Source of the DNA: an uncultured Rubripirellula sp. | GTDB taxonomy: Bacteria; Planctomycetota; Planctomycetia; Pirellulales; Pirellulaceae | Assembly: GCA_938085445.1 (NCBI GenBank) | Contig: CALKGR010000003.1 | Location: forward strand, 64,001 to 128,000 | Direction: 5' to 3' | Length of the DNA: 64,000 nt | Shown: positions 1 through 10,740 of the stretch, piece by piece | Numbering within the stretch: position 1 is the stretch's first letter | Layout of the letters: each line of letters opens with the position of its first letter | Position numbers and translations under genes: made by a program | Notes under the pieces: generated by a model | The model's database searches: none | The model's input: only the letters and a program-made list of their open reading frames with translations | Told to the model about the DNA's origin: nothing

Positions 1-879
1 TCATTTGGATTTTCATTAGGTGGAAATCTATTCGGTTCGAACCCGGATTCGAAATTTGCAGCAGAAGCTCTTTCACGTTTAGACATGAATGTGATGCTTA
101 GCACCACCATGAATACTGGCCACGTGAATGGCTTGGCTGCTGAGACCTACATTCTGCCGGTGCTGGCCCGTGATGAAGAATCGACCCCCACGACACAGGA
201 ATCGATGTTCAACTATGTGCGTCTGAGCGATGGCGGTCCGCGACGCCTGCCGGGACCACGAAGTGAGGTTGAAGTGATCGCCGAGCTTGGCAAACGCCTA
301 CTCCCCGACGCGAGTGGAGTTGACTGGAACACCATGCAGCAAACCAGCACCATTCGACAATGGATCGCTGATGTCGTCCCCGGATACGAACAAATTGCTG
401 ACATCGAAGTATCAAAACAAGAATTTCAAATCAGTGGGCGAACATTTCACAAACCAAAGTTTGCCACCGAGGATGGCAGAGCAAATCTGCACACACACAC
501 CATTCCCGAGCTCAAGGGTCGCCAAGATAAGGAATTGCGACTCATGACGGTTCGGAGTGAGGGTCAATTCAATACGGTCGTTTACGAAGAAGAAGACCTC
601 TATCGCAATCAGACCCGTCGCGACATCATCCTGATGCACCCCGATGATCTCAAACGCCTAGGGCTAGAGCACGAAGATCTCGTGGACGTCACGAGTGACA
701 CGGGCGTCTTGCCAAACATTTTTGTGAGATCCTACGAATCTATTCGACCCGGCAATGCTCTGATGTACTTCCCAGAAGCGAATGTTCTCGTCTCCCGGCA
801 TGCCGATCCGGCTAGCAAAACGCCTGCTTTCAAGGGAGTCGTCATTCGTGTCGTTTCTTCCCCACGGCGACCCAGCTAA
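1..879 (+). CDS. FdhF/YdeP-family molybdopterin oxidoreductase, C-terminal part (5' truncated by window)
   Basis: Frame is open from base 1 (SFGFSLGGNLFGSNPD...). Motifs ILPVLARDEE, LMTVRSEGQFNTVVY and YFPEANVLV...SKTPAFK are typical of YdeP-like molybdopterin-binding C-termini. Confidence 0.85.
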   Translation, partial: SFGFSLGGNLFGSNPDSKFAAEALSRLDMNVMLSTTMNTGHVNGLAAETYILPVLARDEESTPTTQESMFNYVRLSDGGPRRLPGPRSEVEVIAELGKRLLPDASGVDWNTMQQTSTIRQWIADVVPGYEQIADIEVSKQEFQISGRTFHKPKFATEDGRANLHTHTIPELKGRQDKELRLMTVRSEGQFNTVVYEEEDLYRNQTRRDIILMHPDDLKRLGLEHEDLVDVTSDTGVLPNIFVRSYESIRPGNALMYFPEANVLVSRHADPASKTPAFKGVVIRVVSSPRRPS

Positions 880-1014
880 GCCAACTAAACGTGTTTCACG
901 ATCCCCCGGTGAAACAATCCTCTGAGATTCAACATCGACGCGGAAAGGCGATTCATGTTATCAGCCTGAATTACACTCTGGCTCTCGCTGCGCGCATAGC
1001 GCGCTCTCGCGAAT

Positions 1015-3621
1015 ATGGAAATTTCAATGATTGACCTATTTGGTAATTCCGTACAACTTTTAGGCATGCCGCTGTCATCTGCTGCTTTATTTTTGTTGGC
1101 AGGCACGTTGCTCGGACACTTGCTTTGGTATCGCGATCATGGAAAGGCCGCTGTCAGTAATCCAGATCTGGAAACACGCTACCTGAAGGTTCGAAGTTCG
1201 CTCAAACAACGTAAAAATCAGGTCAAAGAACTGCAAAAACAGAACGCATCCATCGATGAGGACTTAGCAATCCTGCGACAAGCGCACTCAACTCTCCGTT
1301 CCAAACACAAACGCTTGGAACAGATTTCGCAAAGCTCACAAGATGAAATCAACCAATTTCGCCATTCTCTCAATGAAGCCGAAATTCAACTTGGGAATGA
1401 GGAAAAGCGTAGCCAGACGGTCATTGAGCAGCTGCAAGAAATGATTGAAAACAATGCGACATTAACGATAGAGAGCCAGTCTCATCAAGAAAGCTTCGAA
1501 CGGCTAGATCAGCAATATCGCCAACGTATTTCCGAGCTTGAAACTGCTCAGTGCGAACTCGATACTTTTCGAACGCAGGCACGGGCCCAACAAACTGAGC
1601 TGGAGCAAAAACAAGGTTCGATAAGAAAGCTCGAAGAACATATTGTCACGAAGGAACAGTCTTTTTTGGAAACGCGTGAGGCTTTACAGGAAACTCAACG
1701 GGATTTGGTGGCACGATGTGAAGACATCGATGCGCTTCGCACAGAAAGAGACCATCTTCGACAACAATCACAGGCCCACGTACATACGCTAACACGACTT
1801 GAAACTGACCTCACCTCATCGAAACTCATTCAGGCTGAACGTGATGAGTTGGCAAAAGATCTCGCGGTAGCGGCTAATTCACTTGCCGAACAACGACAAG
1901 CTTTAGACCAATGTGAGTCACACCTGGAACTTCAAACCACTAAGCTCGCTGAACGAGAACAACAGTTAAGCGATCTCAACGTAAAGCTTGTGGATGAACG
2001 GGAAAACCGTTTACAGCTGGAACAATTCAACACCGCCTGCCAAAAACAACTCGCCGACTTGGAGTCTCAACTCAGCGTCGAAACAACAGCATGTGCACAA
2101 TCTGATCTTGCTCTAAATACTGCTCAAAATGCGAATGCCGAGTCACAAGTACAGATCTCTCATCTCTCCCTTGAACTTGCACAGTCCAATACCAAGGAAA
2201 TTGCTTTCCGGTCAAAAGTTGCTGACCTGCAAAAAACCGTTGAACGACAAGAACAACAAGTCATCGAGTTATGTGCTATTCGCGAGGAAAATGTAATTCA
2301 CTCCTTGGAATTGGCCGAAACGAGAGCACAACTGGCGTTGGAAACCTCTGCCTTGGCCGAACTAAGAGAGAAGGCAAACGACTGGCATGCTGTCCAAACT
2401 GAATTGGAAACAGCACAGCAGACAATTCAGCAATACCACATACGCAACACAGAATTTGAAAGCCGCTTCCTTCAAAACACGGTTCAAATTACGGAATTGA
2501 GTCGTCAGGCCGCGTGCGTTCCTGAACTCGAACTTGCACTGAAACACAGACAATCTGAACTCGAGCTTGCCTGTAGCCAAATCGAACAGCACGAGGCCAA
2601 CGTTCTCACTGCCGAACGAATATGTGATGAAACCGAAGGCGAACTCGCGATCACCATTGCTGAAATTCACGCATTGGAAGATCGCATCCTATCAATGTCC
2701 AACGAAGTTGGCTTTCTCTCCACCGACAATGCACTTCTTTCGACCGCCAACCAACAGGCTGCTGAGCACGCACGGCAAATGCAAAGAGAACTGAAACAGG
2801 CCAGCATTAGCCAGCAGCAACTCGATGAATGTCACACTGAACTGCAGGTCGTAAAACAGGAGTGCGAGCAGCTGACCGGTACACGCGACGATCTCGAAGC
2901 TACCGTCAGTCGACTAGGCAAACAAATCACGAATCATCTGACAGAAGCCAAACAGCTGAATGAGAGATTGTCACAGACAGCGATTGAACATGAGAAACTG
3001 GAATTGGCTTTTAAATCTGAAGTAGAGGCACGGGACACCACCATTGCTGAGTTGAAAACACAGTTGAAGGCCAGATCGCAGCAGCACGATGCCATTGTTG
3101 ATGATCTGGCAGCAAAAACAAGCAAACTGGACGAACGACAAACTGAGATCGACGAGCTGACGAATCAACTTGAAATGGCGAGAACCGCTCACGATCAAAA
3201 ACTACAGCTAACGGCAGAAATAAATGAAGTGAAAAAACAACTGAAATCCAAATCGCAACAATGTGAGGCCCTGGTCAACGATATCAGTATGAAAAGCAAT
3301 GAAGTCGCGCAGCAACTTCGTGAAATCGAAGGCTTATCGAATGAACTGGATGGTGCTCGATCTGACCGCAAAGAGCGGGATCTGCTGAGACAGGAGGTCA
3401 CAGAATTAAGAGCGCACCTTGGTTGCATCCGCAAGGAACTCGAAGATAGCCTGGACACCAACGCCAAGGGGCAGGACCAAATCCGCGACATGGAAAATCA
3501 ACTGCATGATCACGTTAAAAAGATTCGGGACCTGCGTCGTGAACGAAACGCCGCCTCAGCAATTCAGATCACAGATGACCCCCAGAAACCGAAAACTGAC
3601 TCTGATAAGAAAGCTGCGTAA
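1015..3621 (+). CDS. Membrane-anchored long coiled-coil protein
   Basis: N-terminal hydrophobic segment (LFLLAGTLLGHLLW) followed by ~800 aa of E/Q/L/A/K-rich heptad-like sequence. No Walker motifs. Confidence 0.8.
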   Translation: MEISMIDLFGNSVQLLGMPLSSAALFLLAGTLLGHLLWYRDHGKAAVSNPDLETRYLKVRSSLKQRKNQVKELQKQNASIDEDLAILRQAHSTLRSKHKRLEQISQSSQDEINQFRHSLNEAEIQLGNEEKRSQTVIEQLQEMIENNATLTIESQSHQESFERLDQQYRQRISELETAQCELDTFRTQARAQQTELEQKQGSIRKLEEHIVTKEQSFLETREALQETQRDLVARCEDIDALRTERDHLRQQSQAHVHTLTRLETDLTSSKLIQAERDELAKDLAVAANSLAEQRQALDQCESHLELQTTKLAEREQQLSDLNVKLVDERENRLQLEQFNTACQKQLADLESQLSVETTACAQSDLALNTAQNANAESQVQISHLSLELAQSNTKEIAFRSKVADLQKTVERQEQQVIELCAIREENVIHSLELAETRAQLALETSALAELREKANDWHAVQTELETAQQTIQQYHIRNTEFESRFLQNTVQITELSRQAACVPELELALKHRQSELELACSQIEQHEANVLTAERICDETEGELAITIAEIHALEDRILSMSNEVGFLSTDNALLSTANQQAAEHARQMQRELKQASISQQQLDECHTELQVVKQECEQLTGTRDDLEATVSRLGKQITNHLTEAKQLNERLSQTAIEHEKLELAFKSEVEARDTTIAELKTQLKARSQQHDAIVDDLAAKTSKLDERQTEIDELTNQLEMARTAHDQKLQLTAEINEVKKQLKSKSQQCEALVNDISMKSNEVAQQLREIEGLSNELDGARSDRKERDLLRQEVTELRAHLGCIRKELEDSLDTNAKGQDQIRDMENQLHDHVKKIRDLRRERNAASAIQITDDPQKPKTDSDKKAA

Positions 3622-3740
3622 CAAACAGTAACCAGAAGCGGTGAGCGGCATGCGACCGATCACTCGTGATCATGCCTCGCTGTGTATGTGTTTCAGCGGT
3701 TGCTTGTTATTGAATAGCAAGCGACTCTCTGCATCGCACG

Positions 3741-4073
3741 TCACGGATTCTGCGTATTCTCAGTATCTGGAGGTAGATCACCCTGCAGTACAGCGGGCCC
3801 TTCTGTTGAAAGCGGATTGCCAGACTCGCCCGCTTGCGGCGCGTCAAATTTCATGGGGCGAGCACGTTGCATATTGAAAGTTGAAGTTGGTCTTGAGAAG
3901 ACGAACAGGCCTGACAGACCTAATGCCAAGAGCACGAAAGTAACCACAACCCATCTCACCCATCCCCCATTTTTGGCAACTGGTTTGGAGTCCGTCACCT
4001 CATGAGGACTTCGATAAGGGTCCTTTTGGCTGTTCTTCTTTTCGACCATCAGTTGATTACCTTTGATCCTCAT
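3741..4073 (-). CDS. Small single-pass membrane protein
   Basis: DPYRSP motif followed by a TM helix (WVVVTFVLLALGLSGLFVF). Starts immediately downstream of prfB. Confidence 0.55.
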   Translation of the reverse strand: MRIKGNQLMVEKKNSQKDPYRSPHEVTDSKPVAKNGGWVRWVVVTFVLLALGLSGLFVFSRPTSTFNMQRARPMKFDAPQAGESGNPLSTEGPAVLQGDLPPDTENTQNP

Positions 4074-4079
4074 TGAGGA

Positions 4080-5193
4080 CTAAGCCTTGGTATCTGTCTT
4101 GCCTGCTTTCAGACGCAGGAACGCATCAAAAAATCCCTGCAGTTCACTACCATCCAACACGCTGTTGAAGTTACCAACATAGTGACCAGTTCTGGAATCT
4201 TTCACGCGCTGATCAGGATGCAAAAAGTAGTTCCGGATCTGACTTCCAAAACCGGTGCGGGCTTGGGTTTCATATTTCTTTGCTTCCTCTGCTTCCCGCT
4301 TCTCTTCTTCTAGGCGAGCCATCTTCGCACGTAGCATTTTCCAGGCCGTTGCCCTGTTTTGATGTTGGCTACGTTCATTCTGACACTGAACGACCGTGTT
4401 GGTCGGGAGGTGTGTCAATCTGATCGCGCTGTCTGTTTTATTGACATGCTGACCTCCAGCACCACCAGCACGATAGCGGTCTTCTCTGACATCTTTTTCT
4501 TCGATATCGATCTCTATCGAATCATCAATCTCGGGGGATACACCAACCGCTGCAAAGCTGGTTTGTCGTTTTCCTTCACTATTAAAAGGGCTGATCCTGA
4601 CCAACCGATGCATGCCCTCTTCACCTTTCAAGTAGCCATAAGCCATCGGTCCGCGCACAGCAATGGAAGCATGATTGATACCAGCTTCTTCATTTTCCTG
4701 CCGGTCCAACAGATCGATGCTGTATCCTTCACTGACAGCCCACGCGGAATACATTCGCAGCATCATGTCTGCCCAATCGTTGGCATCAGTTCCACCGTCA
4801 CGAGCATTGATTGACAAGATGGCGCCTGCCGAATCATTGGGACCGTTGAGCAGAGCTTTGAGTTCAAGTTCCTCGAGGATTTTTTCCAAGCGGGCGATCT
4901 CGCCAGCGACCTCCTCCGCGATCGACTCATCCTCTTCTGCCATTTCAAATAGCGCAGCAAGATCTTCCACCGAGGACGTCAATTCATCCATCGGGCCGAC
5001 AATGGCCTTGAGTGACTTAAGATCCGCGACTGTTTTTTGAGCCGACTCATTGTCGTCCCAAAATCCCGGATCACCCATCTTCACTTCAATTTGCTTGATT
5101 TCTTCCTGTTTGGAAGCGTAGTCAAAGAGAGTCTCCGAGTTGTTTCAGGCGCTCGTGAATCTCATTACTGCGGTTAACCAATTCAGCATCCAT
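4080..5193 (-). CDS. prfB: Peptide chain release factor 2 with programmed +1 frameshift
   Basis: Short ORF MDAELVNRSNEIHERLKQLGDSL (ATG at 5193) ends CTT TGA C at 5127-5121. The +1 frame continues DYASKQEEIKQIEVKMGDPGFWD into the ORF carrying the SPF anticodon loop and GGQ motif. Confidence 0.95.
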
Positions 5194-5333
5194 TCTCGTG
5201 ACGGTCTCCATGCGTATGATGTGGGATAGGAATTCGATCGCGTCGGCAATCGAAATCAGATGAATGGCTGCTGCCCCCCCGACTTGGCGTTGATGGGGAA
5301 CAATCATGACCTCTCACTGGAGTTGAACTATAC

Positions 5334-6473
5334 ATGGCCCGAGTCGTTCTCGCGATGAGTGGCGGCGTTGATTCAAGCGTTGCTGCGCACCTGCTGTTGG
5401 AATCCGGTCACGAAGTGATAGGTGTTTTCATGCGTCACGGAGAGGAATCCAGTCAAGCTTGTCGAGTTGAAGATGGGAAACCTGGGCTTCCAGTGCTCGG
5501 TGGGATGGCCCAAGGACGAGCCGATCACAAACAGGGCTGCTGTACGGCGTCTGACGCAGCCGATGCGAGACGTGTGGCCTCGCGAATGGACATTCCGTTC
5601 TATGCGCTCGACTTACAGGAAGATTTTCGCCGAATTGTCGACTACTTCGTCGACGATTACCTACACGGTCGGACCCCCAATCCGTGTGTGAGATGTAATC
5701 AATGGATCAAATTTGGACGACTTTTCGACTATGCCGACGGTGTTGATGCCGAATTTGTTGCCACCGGGCACTACGCCCAAAAGGTCACGATGAATGGGAA
5801 GCCCTGCTCTCACGAGCTCCATCGAGGACTCGATTCGGCAAAAGATCAGTCTTATGCCCTCTTCGGGATACGCCCCGAATTACTTCCCAGAATGCTGTTA
5901 CCGGTCGGGGGATTTAAGAAGCCAAAAATTCGGGAAATCGCCGAAGAACTTGGCCTGGGGGTCGCTGGGAAGAAAGATAGTCAGGAAATCTGCTTCGTCA
6001 CTCAGGGACACCACAGCGATTTCGTTCGAGCCCGAGAACCAGAAAAATCTGCTCACACCAGTGGTGAGATCATTACCACAGATGGCGAAATAGTCGGTAA
6101 GCACGCTGGCTACGAAGCATTTACGATCGGACAACGGAAGGGACTGGGAGTAGCCATGGGTACACCTTTCTTCGTCACCGAAATCAATCCTAGTACTAAT
6201 CAGGTCGTGATTGGTTCCAAAGATCAACTGGCAAAACCCGGACTCACCGCAAATGAGGCGAATTGGCTCGTCGACCCAACGAACCTGCCTGGACGAGTAT
6301 CAATCCAAATTCGCTACAACGCCCCTCCCCAACCTGCTCAGATCATCGTTGATCCATCTGATCAAACACGGTTTTCAGCGGAATTTGACGTGCCCCAACT
6401 AGCGGTAGCACCGGGCCAGGCAGCGGTTGTTTACGACGGGACCCGGGTTCTCGGAGGTGGCTGGATTGAATGA
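5334..6473 (+). CDS. mnmA: tRNA 2-thiouridine(34) synthase
   Basis: SGGVDSS PP-loop, TPNPCVRCN, ATGHYA, KDQSY, KKDSQEICF and APGQAAVVY motifs. Confidence 0.95.
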   Translation: MARVVLAMSGGVDSSVAAHLLLESGHEVIGVFMRHGEESSQACRVEDGKPGLPVLGGMAQGRADHKQGCCTASDAADARRVASRMDIPFYALDLQEDFRRIVDYFVDDYLHGRTPNPCVRCNQWIKFGRLFDYADGVDAEFVATGHYAQKVTMNGKPCSHELHRGLDSAKDQSYALFGIRPELLPRMLLPVGGFKKPKIREIAEELGLGVAGKKDSQEICFVTQGHHSDFVRAREPEKSAHTSGEIITTDGEIVGKHAGYEAFTIGQRKGLGVAMGTPFFVTEINPSTNQVVIGSKDQLAKPGLTANEANWLVDPTNLPGRVSIQIRYNAPPQPAQIIVDPSDQTRFSAEFDVPQLAVAPGQAAVVYDGTRVLGGGWIE

Positions 6474-6760
6474 TTCAGGCCTCGTGGACATCCCGAATTC
6501 CGATAGCCTTAGACCATTCGGCTAGACACTTCAAGCTCTTGGGAGGCGACCGCTGGCGTCGTAACCGGACCACACAACACAACTGATTACCCCCATCAAC
6601 GCCGATACTGTCGAAAAACGTTTGCCGCCGGCGGTTCTCAAGATTACAGTTTGGGTGATTAATCAACACACCTTTTCTCGGCCCACCGGCTAGTCCATTC
6701 GACAAACCGCTGCCAGTTCCGGGCTTACTCTACATCTTTCTGGGGGAGGATGCTTCCGCG

Positions 6761-7621
6761 ATGAAAAAATACGCATTGACCATCTTTGCAGTCGCTTTGG
6801 CGACGATTGGCAACTTGAGTGCCAATTACGTATCAGCTCAAAACCAAAGTGCTATCCTGGCCGAAACTTATGGCCAAGGTGTGCATGCCTACAACGGTGG
6901 ACGCTTGACTGATGCTCTCGAATTCTTCTCTCTCGCAATCGAGAATGGTAGTCAGGACCCACGTGTCCACTACTACCGTGGAATCGTCAATTACGTTTCG
7001 GGACGTCCAGAAGAGGCTGTAAAAGATTGGCAGGCCGGTGCTAGCATCGAAGCCTTGGGCGGCCCAAATCCATCCATCGGTCGGTCGCTCGCAAGGTTCC
7101 AAGGAAATGGCCGGCTCAAGCTCGAATCAATTCGCCAAGCAGCCCGAATCAAGGCTTTGGCAGAAGCCAATGCAAGATCCCTTCAACGCTACGGCGAAAT
7201 TCAGGCAACACCTGAAAATTCGGCCGCCGTCAAGCCAGCTCCCCGCGTTCCATCACGACCTGTCACGCCACCACCAACGCCGCCCGCAGCAGCCAACCCT
7301 TTTGCCTCAGGCATTGGTGGCCAGCCTGCACCCACCAAAATGGCAAATGACGCTCTTGCGGGAGCAATGAAAGAACCATTCGATGACAAGCCCAACGCTG
7401 CAGCTGGCGCTGCACCTGCAGCCGCTGCTGCCGATCCATTCGGAGGCGGAGGTGCTCCCGCAGCTGGTGCTGATCCGTTCGGAGGCGGAGGTGGTGCTCC
7501 CGCAGCTGGTGCTGATCCGTTCGGAGGCGGAGGAGGTGCTCCCGCAGCTGGTGCTGATCCGTTCGGGGGTGGAGGAGGTGGCGCTGCTGACCCGTTCGGC
7601 GGTGACCCCTTCGGAGGTTAG
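6761..7621 (+). CDS. Secreted TPR-like protein with Pro/Ala-rich linker and DPFGGGG repeat tail
   Basis: Signal peptide, TPR-like helices (YGQGVHAY...DPRVHYYRG) and a low-complexity C-terminus. Confidence 0.8.
   Translation: MKKYALTIFAVALATIGNLSANYVSAQNQSAILAETYGQGVHAYNGGRLTDALEFFSLAIENGSQDPRVHYYRGIVNYVSGRPEEAVKDWQAGASIEALGGPNPSIGRSLARFQGNGRLKLESIRQAARIKALAEANARSLQRYGEIQATPENSAAVKPAPRVPSRPVTPPPTPPAAANPFASGIGGQPAPTKMANDALAGAMKEPFDDKPNAAAGAAPAAAAADPFGGGGAPAAGADPFGGGGGAPAAGADPFGGGGGAPAAGADPFGGGGGGAADPFGGDPFGG
7430..7618 (+). repeat. Coding tandem repeat (~39-42 bp unit) encoding ADPFGGGG(G)APAAG
   Basis: Near-identical units gctgatccgttcggaggcggaggtggtgctcccgcagctggt; six DPF motifs in total. 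Confidence 0.9.
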
Positions 7622-7661
7622 CCCCATGACTCTGGGCAATCTTGCCTGAAAAAATACAACA

Positions 7662-7697
7662 ACGGCGAGCAGAGGAATCTGCTCGCCGTCTTTTTTT
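7662..7697 (+). terminator. Rho-independent terminator
   Basis: acggcgagcaga-ggaa-tctgctcgccgt stem followed by a T run, downstream of the 6761-7621 gene. Confidence 0.85.
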
Positions 7698-7793
7698 ATA
7701 ATCACCGAAGATCTACTACACTGAGCAATTGACGTTATCCATCGTACTCATTGAACCATCGAGATACTCCATCTGCCAAAGCGTGAGCCACAC

Positions 7794-8459
7794 ATGATTC
7801 GATTCCTGTCTGCATGCCTTATCATTTCACTTGCAACCACAGCATGGTCGCAAAACCAGACTACCAAAGCACAGAAAGGTGTCGCTGTCGCTAAAAAGGG
7901 AACACCAAAGGTTGATGCAAAAATTGACGGGATCTGGAAGACTTGCCCTAAATACTTAGTCAATCAACCCATTGCCGAAGTCTTGGAAATTGATCCGAAA
8001 GATATGGCAACAGCGACGGTTCGATTGCTTTGGGACGATCGCTACCTGTACGCGTTGTGGGTGGTCAAAGACTCAGAATTATCTGCTGATGCAGGCGACG
8101 ATTGGGCTCAAGATTCGGTGGAATTATTTCTCGACCAGCGACAGGACAAGTCCACATCCTATGACACTGATGATGCTCAATACCGTGTCAATTTTGAAGG
8201 CAAGATGTCAGGGCAGGGCACTGGCTACGATGAAGTGGATATCAAAGCAGCAACAGCGAAGAACAAGAAGGGCTACATCGTCGAAATGGCTATTCGTACC
8301 CACGCCGCAGACATGAAAGTGGGGACTGTCATGGGCGTCGAATTTCAAGTCAATGATGAACATGATCGTGCCCAACGTGATGCAATCGCGAAATGGTTCC
8401 ACACCCAAGACGATTCATGGCAGGATACTTCCACGTTTGGAACGCTTGAACTGAAGTGA
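7794..8459 (+). CDS. Secreted CBM9-like (DOMON-fold) sugar-binding protein
   Basis: Signal peptide; TPKVDAKIDGIW, LWDDRYLY, DSVELFLD, DDAQYRVN and GYIVEMAI motifs. Confidence 0.85.
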   Translation: MIRFLSACLIISLATTAWSQNQTTKAQKGVAVAKKGTPKVDAKIDGIWKTCPKYLVNQPIAEVLEIDPKDMATATVRLLWDDRYLYALWVVKDSELSADAGDDWAQDSVELFLDQRQDKSTSYDTDDAQYRVNFEGKMSGQGTGYDEVDIKAATAKNKKGYIVEMAIRTHAADMKVGTVMGVEFQVNDEHDRAQRDAIAKWFHTQDDSWQDTSTFGTLELK

Positions 8460-8653
8460 TGCAAGATGTTTGAACATGGTTCAACTTAACCACCACAGAG
8501 CCTGTGCCATTACTGGAAACAGTTTGCAAGATTCCGCTGAAACAAGCTGAGACTTGCAACGAGAAAGAATGCCCGCCATCAGGATCACATCATCAGTTTG
8601 ATCTGATCCTCAAGTCGCTAAACGTGATCTGCACTTCGTTACCAAGGGACTGG

Positions 8654-10252
8654 CTAGCCGAAGAATTTTGCCAATTTTTCTTCACTCGGTGTTGGCGTTA
8701 CCAGCGATACCAAAATCATGGTAACGGTCGAGCTCAGCATCATGGCTACGACTGGCATCAATTCATAACTCTCTCCACCAATCGGCAGTTCCAACACGAA
8801 CTTGCTCAGACCGCCTTGTTCAATCGGTACCTTGGTACCCTGATAAAACAGGATGCACCAACTGGTGATCGCGGCAAAGATTCCACTAATAGCCCCTGCT
8901 GCACTGAGACCACGCCAATACAGTGCTGCCACCACGATCGGAAACAGTGCACTAAAACCACTGAAGCACCAAACACCAAGAGCAAAAACACTTCGTACAT
9001 TTCCTAGACTTAGAAAATAGGTAATCGCAACAATCCCAATGATGAACAGTCGAGTGAACATGACCTGTTGTCGATCAGTGAACCGATCTTTGCCTGCCAG
9101 ATGCGTCACCACATCATTGTTGAAGATCGTACCAATGCACAGGAACTGACTATCCAGACTGGACATGATCGCAGCCAGAATACCTGCAGCGAGGAATCCT
9201 CCTAAAATTGGTCCAGTCTGGGTTTTCACGAGAAACGGCAGGATAGTGTTGGGATTGGCTGGCAAGTGCATCTCTGCAGGAAGACCAGTCGCCCAAATCC
9301 CGACCAGCACACATGGAACCCAGACAATCATGATAAAGAACGGATGACAAACGACCGGCAACTTGAAGGCATGTGAACTTTTAGCCGTCATCCAATGTTG
9401 AAAGAGATGCGGAAACATTCCAACCGAAAGCGGAATTAAAAGGTACGTAAAGAACTTCGTCTTACTCATTTCAGATCGGGTAACTTTATCCTCCGGAACC
9501 GAATTGGCTAATGTCTTGAGATTATCAAGGAGGGATTCCTGGCCACCCAATTTGTTCGCAATCACAAAGAAGGTCACCACACCTAAAATCATGAAGACCA
9601 GTGTCTGAAAGGTGTTCGCCCAAGTTGTTCCACGCATGCCACCAAAAAAGACATAAACCAGAACAACAACACAGATCACCATCGATCCTAACCAAGGTGG
9701 TACACCGCCATGCAAAGCCGGGTTCGCATTGCCCTCTGCGTCAAAAACTTGAAACATTGGAAAGTCGGGTGCTAAGCCGCCCGTCAGCGACTGAATGACT
9801 GATCCGCCGCTAATCACCCCGATCAAAAGGTAGGGAATCACCAGCCCAACCAAAATTGGAAACATCAGGTAACCGACAAAATCACTATCGAGTCGATCAC
9901 GGAAAAACTCAATTTGTGTCGTGTACTTGTAACGACGGGCTAATTTCCAGACCTTGACCCCAATCAAAAAGAAACAAAGCGAATGTACGATGCCACTGCT
10001 GCTAGCAAGCATCCCATAAACACCCACCCCCTCACGAAATGCCTCGCCGCTGCTACCAACCAAAGCAAACGCCGTCATCGTTGTTCCGAAAATACTCATC
10101 AACAACAAAAATGGACCAATCGAATGGCTTGCAACTTGGTAATCTTCCTTAGTGCCCTTGAATAAACGGCTTGAGAGCAGCCCCAATGCAAGAAGCAAGC
10201 CTAAGTAGACAAGGATGATGATCAGTTGTGGTAATCCTGGATGATCCATCAT
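8654..10252 (-). CDS. Sodium:solute symporter family protein
   Basis: Many TM helices; GGMRGTTWANTFQ and LAAIMSSLDSQ motifs. Confidence 0.9.
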   Translation of the reverse strand: MMDHPGLPQLIIILVYLGLLLALGLLSSRLFKGTKEDYQVASHSIGPFLLLMSIFGTTMTAFALVGSSGEAFREGVGVYGMLASSSGIVHSLCFFLIGVKVWKLARRYKYTTQIEFFRDRLDSDFVGYLMFPILVGLVIPYLLIGVISGGSVIQSLTGGLAPDFPMFQVFDAEGNANPALHGGVPPWLGSMVICVVVLVYVFFGGMRGTTWANTFQTLVFMILGVVTFFVIANKLGGQESLLDNLKTLANSVPEDKVTRSEMSKTKFFTYLLIPLSVGMFPHLFQHWMTAKSSHAFKLPVVCHPFFIMIVWVPCVLVGIWATGLPAEMHLPANPNTILPFLVKTQTGPILGGFLAAGILAAIMSSLDSQFLCIGTIFNNDVVTHLAGKDRFTDRQQVMFTRLFIIGIVAITYFLSLGNVRSVFALGVWCFSGFSALFPIVVAALYWRGLSAAGAISGIFAAITSWCILFYQGTKVPIEQGGLSKFVLELPIGGESYELMPVVAMMLSSTVTMILVSLVTPTPSEEKLAKFFG

Positions 10253-10497
10253 TCGCCTCCCTCGTGCTCTTCGAGGTCATCTGACAGAGGCCAAGCGATA
10301 CGAGTCGCAAGAAACCAAGTAGCAACGGCCGCCAAGGAAATGCAAGCATGCCAAAAAAGAGCGATCGGAATGAATCCAAACACGAGCGTGGCATCCGTCC
10401 AAAACCAATTATCTTGATGAAGAATAAGCAACAGCAGTACAAGACCCGCGATAATCAGCGGCCCCGAGGACTTGGAAGCTTTCATCTGTTGCCTCAT
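10249..10497 (-). CDS. DUF3311-like small membrane partner of the SSS transporter
   Basis: LHQDNWFW...FGFIPIAL...WP motif; stop overlaps the symporter start (ATGA). Confidence 0.8.
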   Translation of the reverse strand: MRQQMKASKSSGPLIIAGLVLLLLILHQDNWFWTDATLVFGFIPIALFWHACISLAAVATWFLATRIAWPLSDDLEEHEGGE

Positions 10498-10740
10498 GGG
10501 AACAGGGAAATATGACAAAGAGCGAACGAAAACCGGTTCCGAACAGTCTAGACACCTGCAACCAGTTGACAGCAGTGTAATTCAGACCGGGTCAGGACAA
10601 AATTAGGCTCACGACACCGTGAGTAGCAGTTCGATATCGGACAAGTGTGAATATCGTGTCGAGCCGGTCAAATGAGTCAGCTAAGATTTTGACCTTGGTT
10701 ATTAAAATAGACGCATGAGACCTCGCTAAAAGGCGTATTT

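Noticed and set aside
1015..3621. SMC subunit to partner scpB
   Set aside because: No Walker A/B, signature motif or hinge, and it has a TM anchor.
7430..7618. Regularly spaced repeats as a CRISPR array
   Set aside because: The units are contiguous, in-frame coding repeats with no unique spacers, and no cas genes are present.
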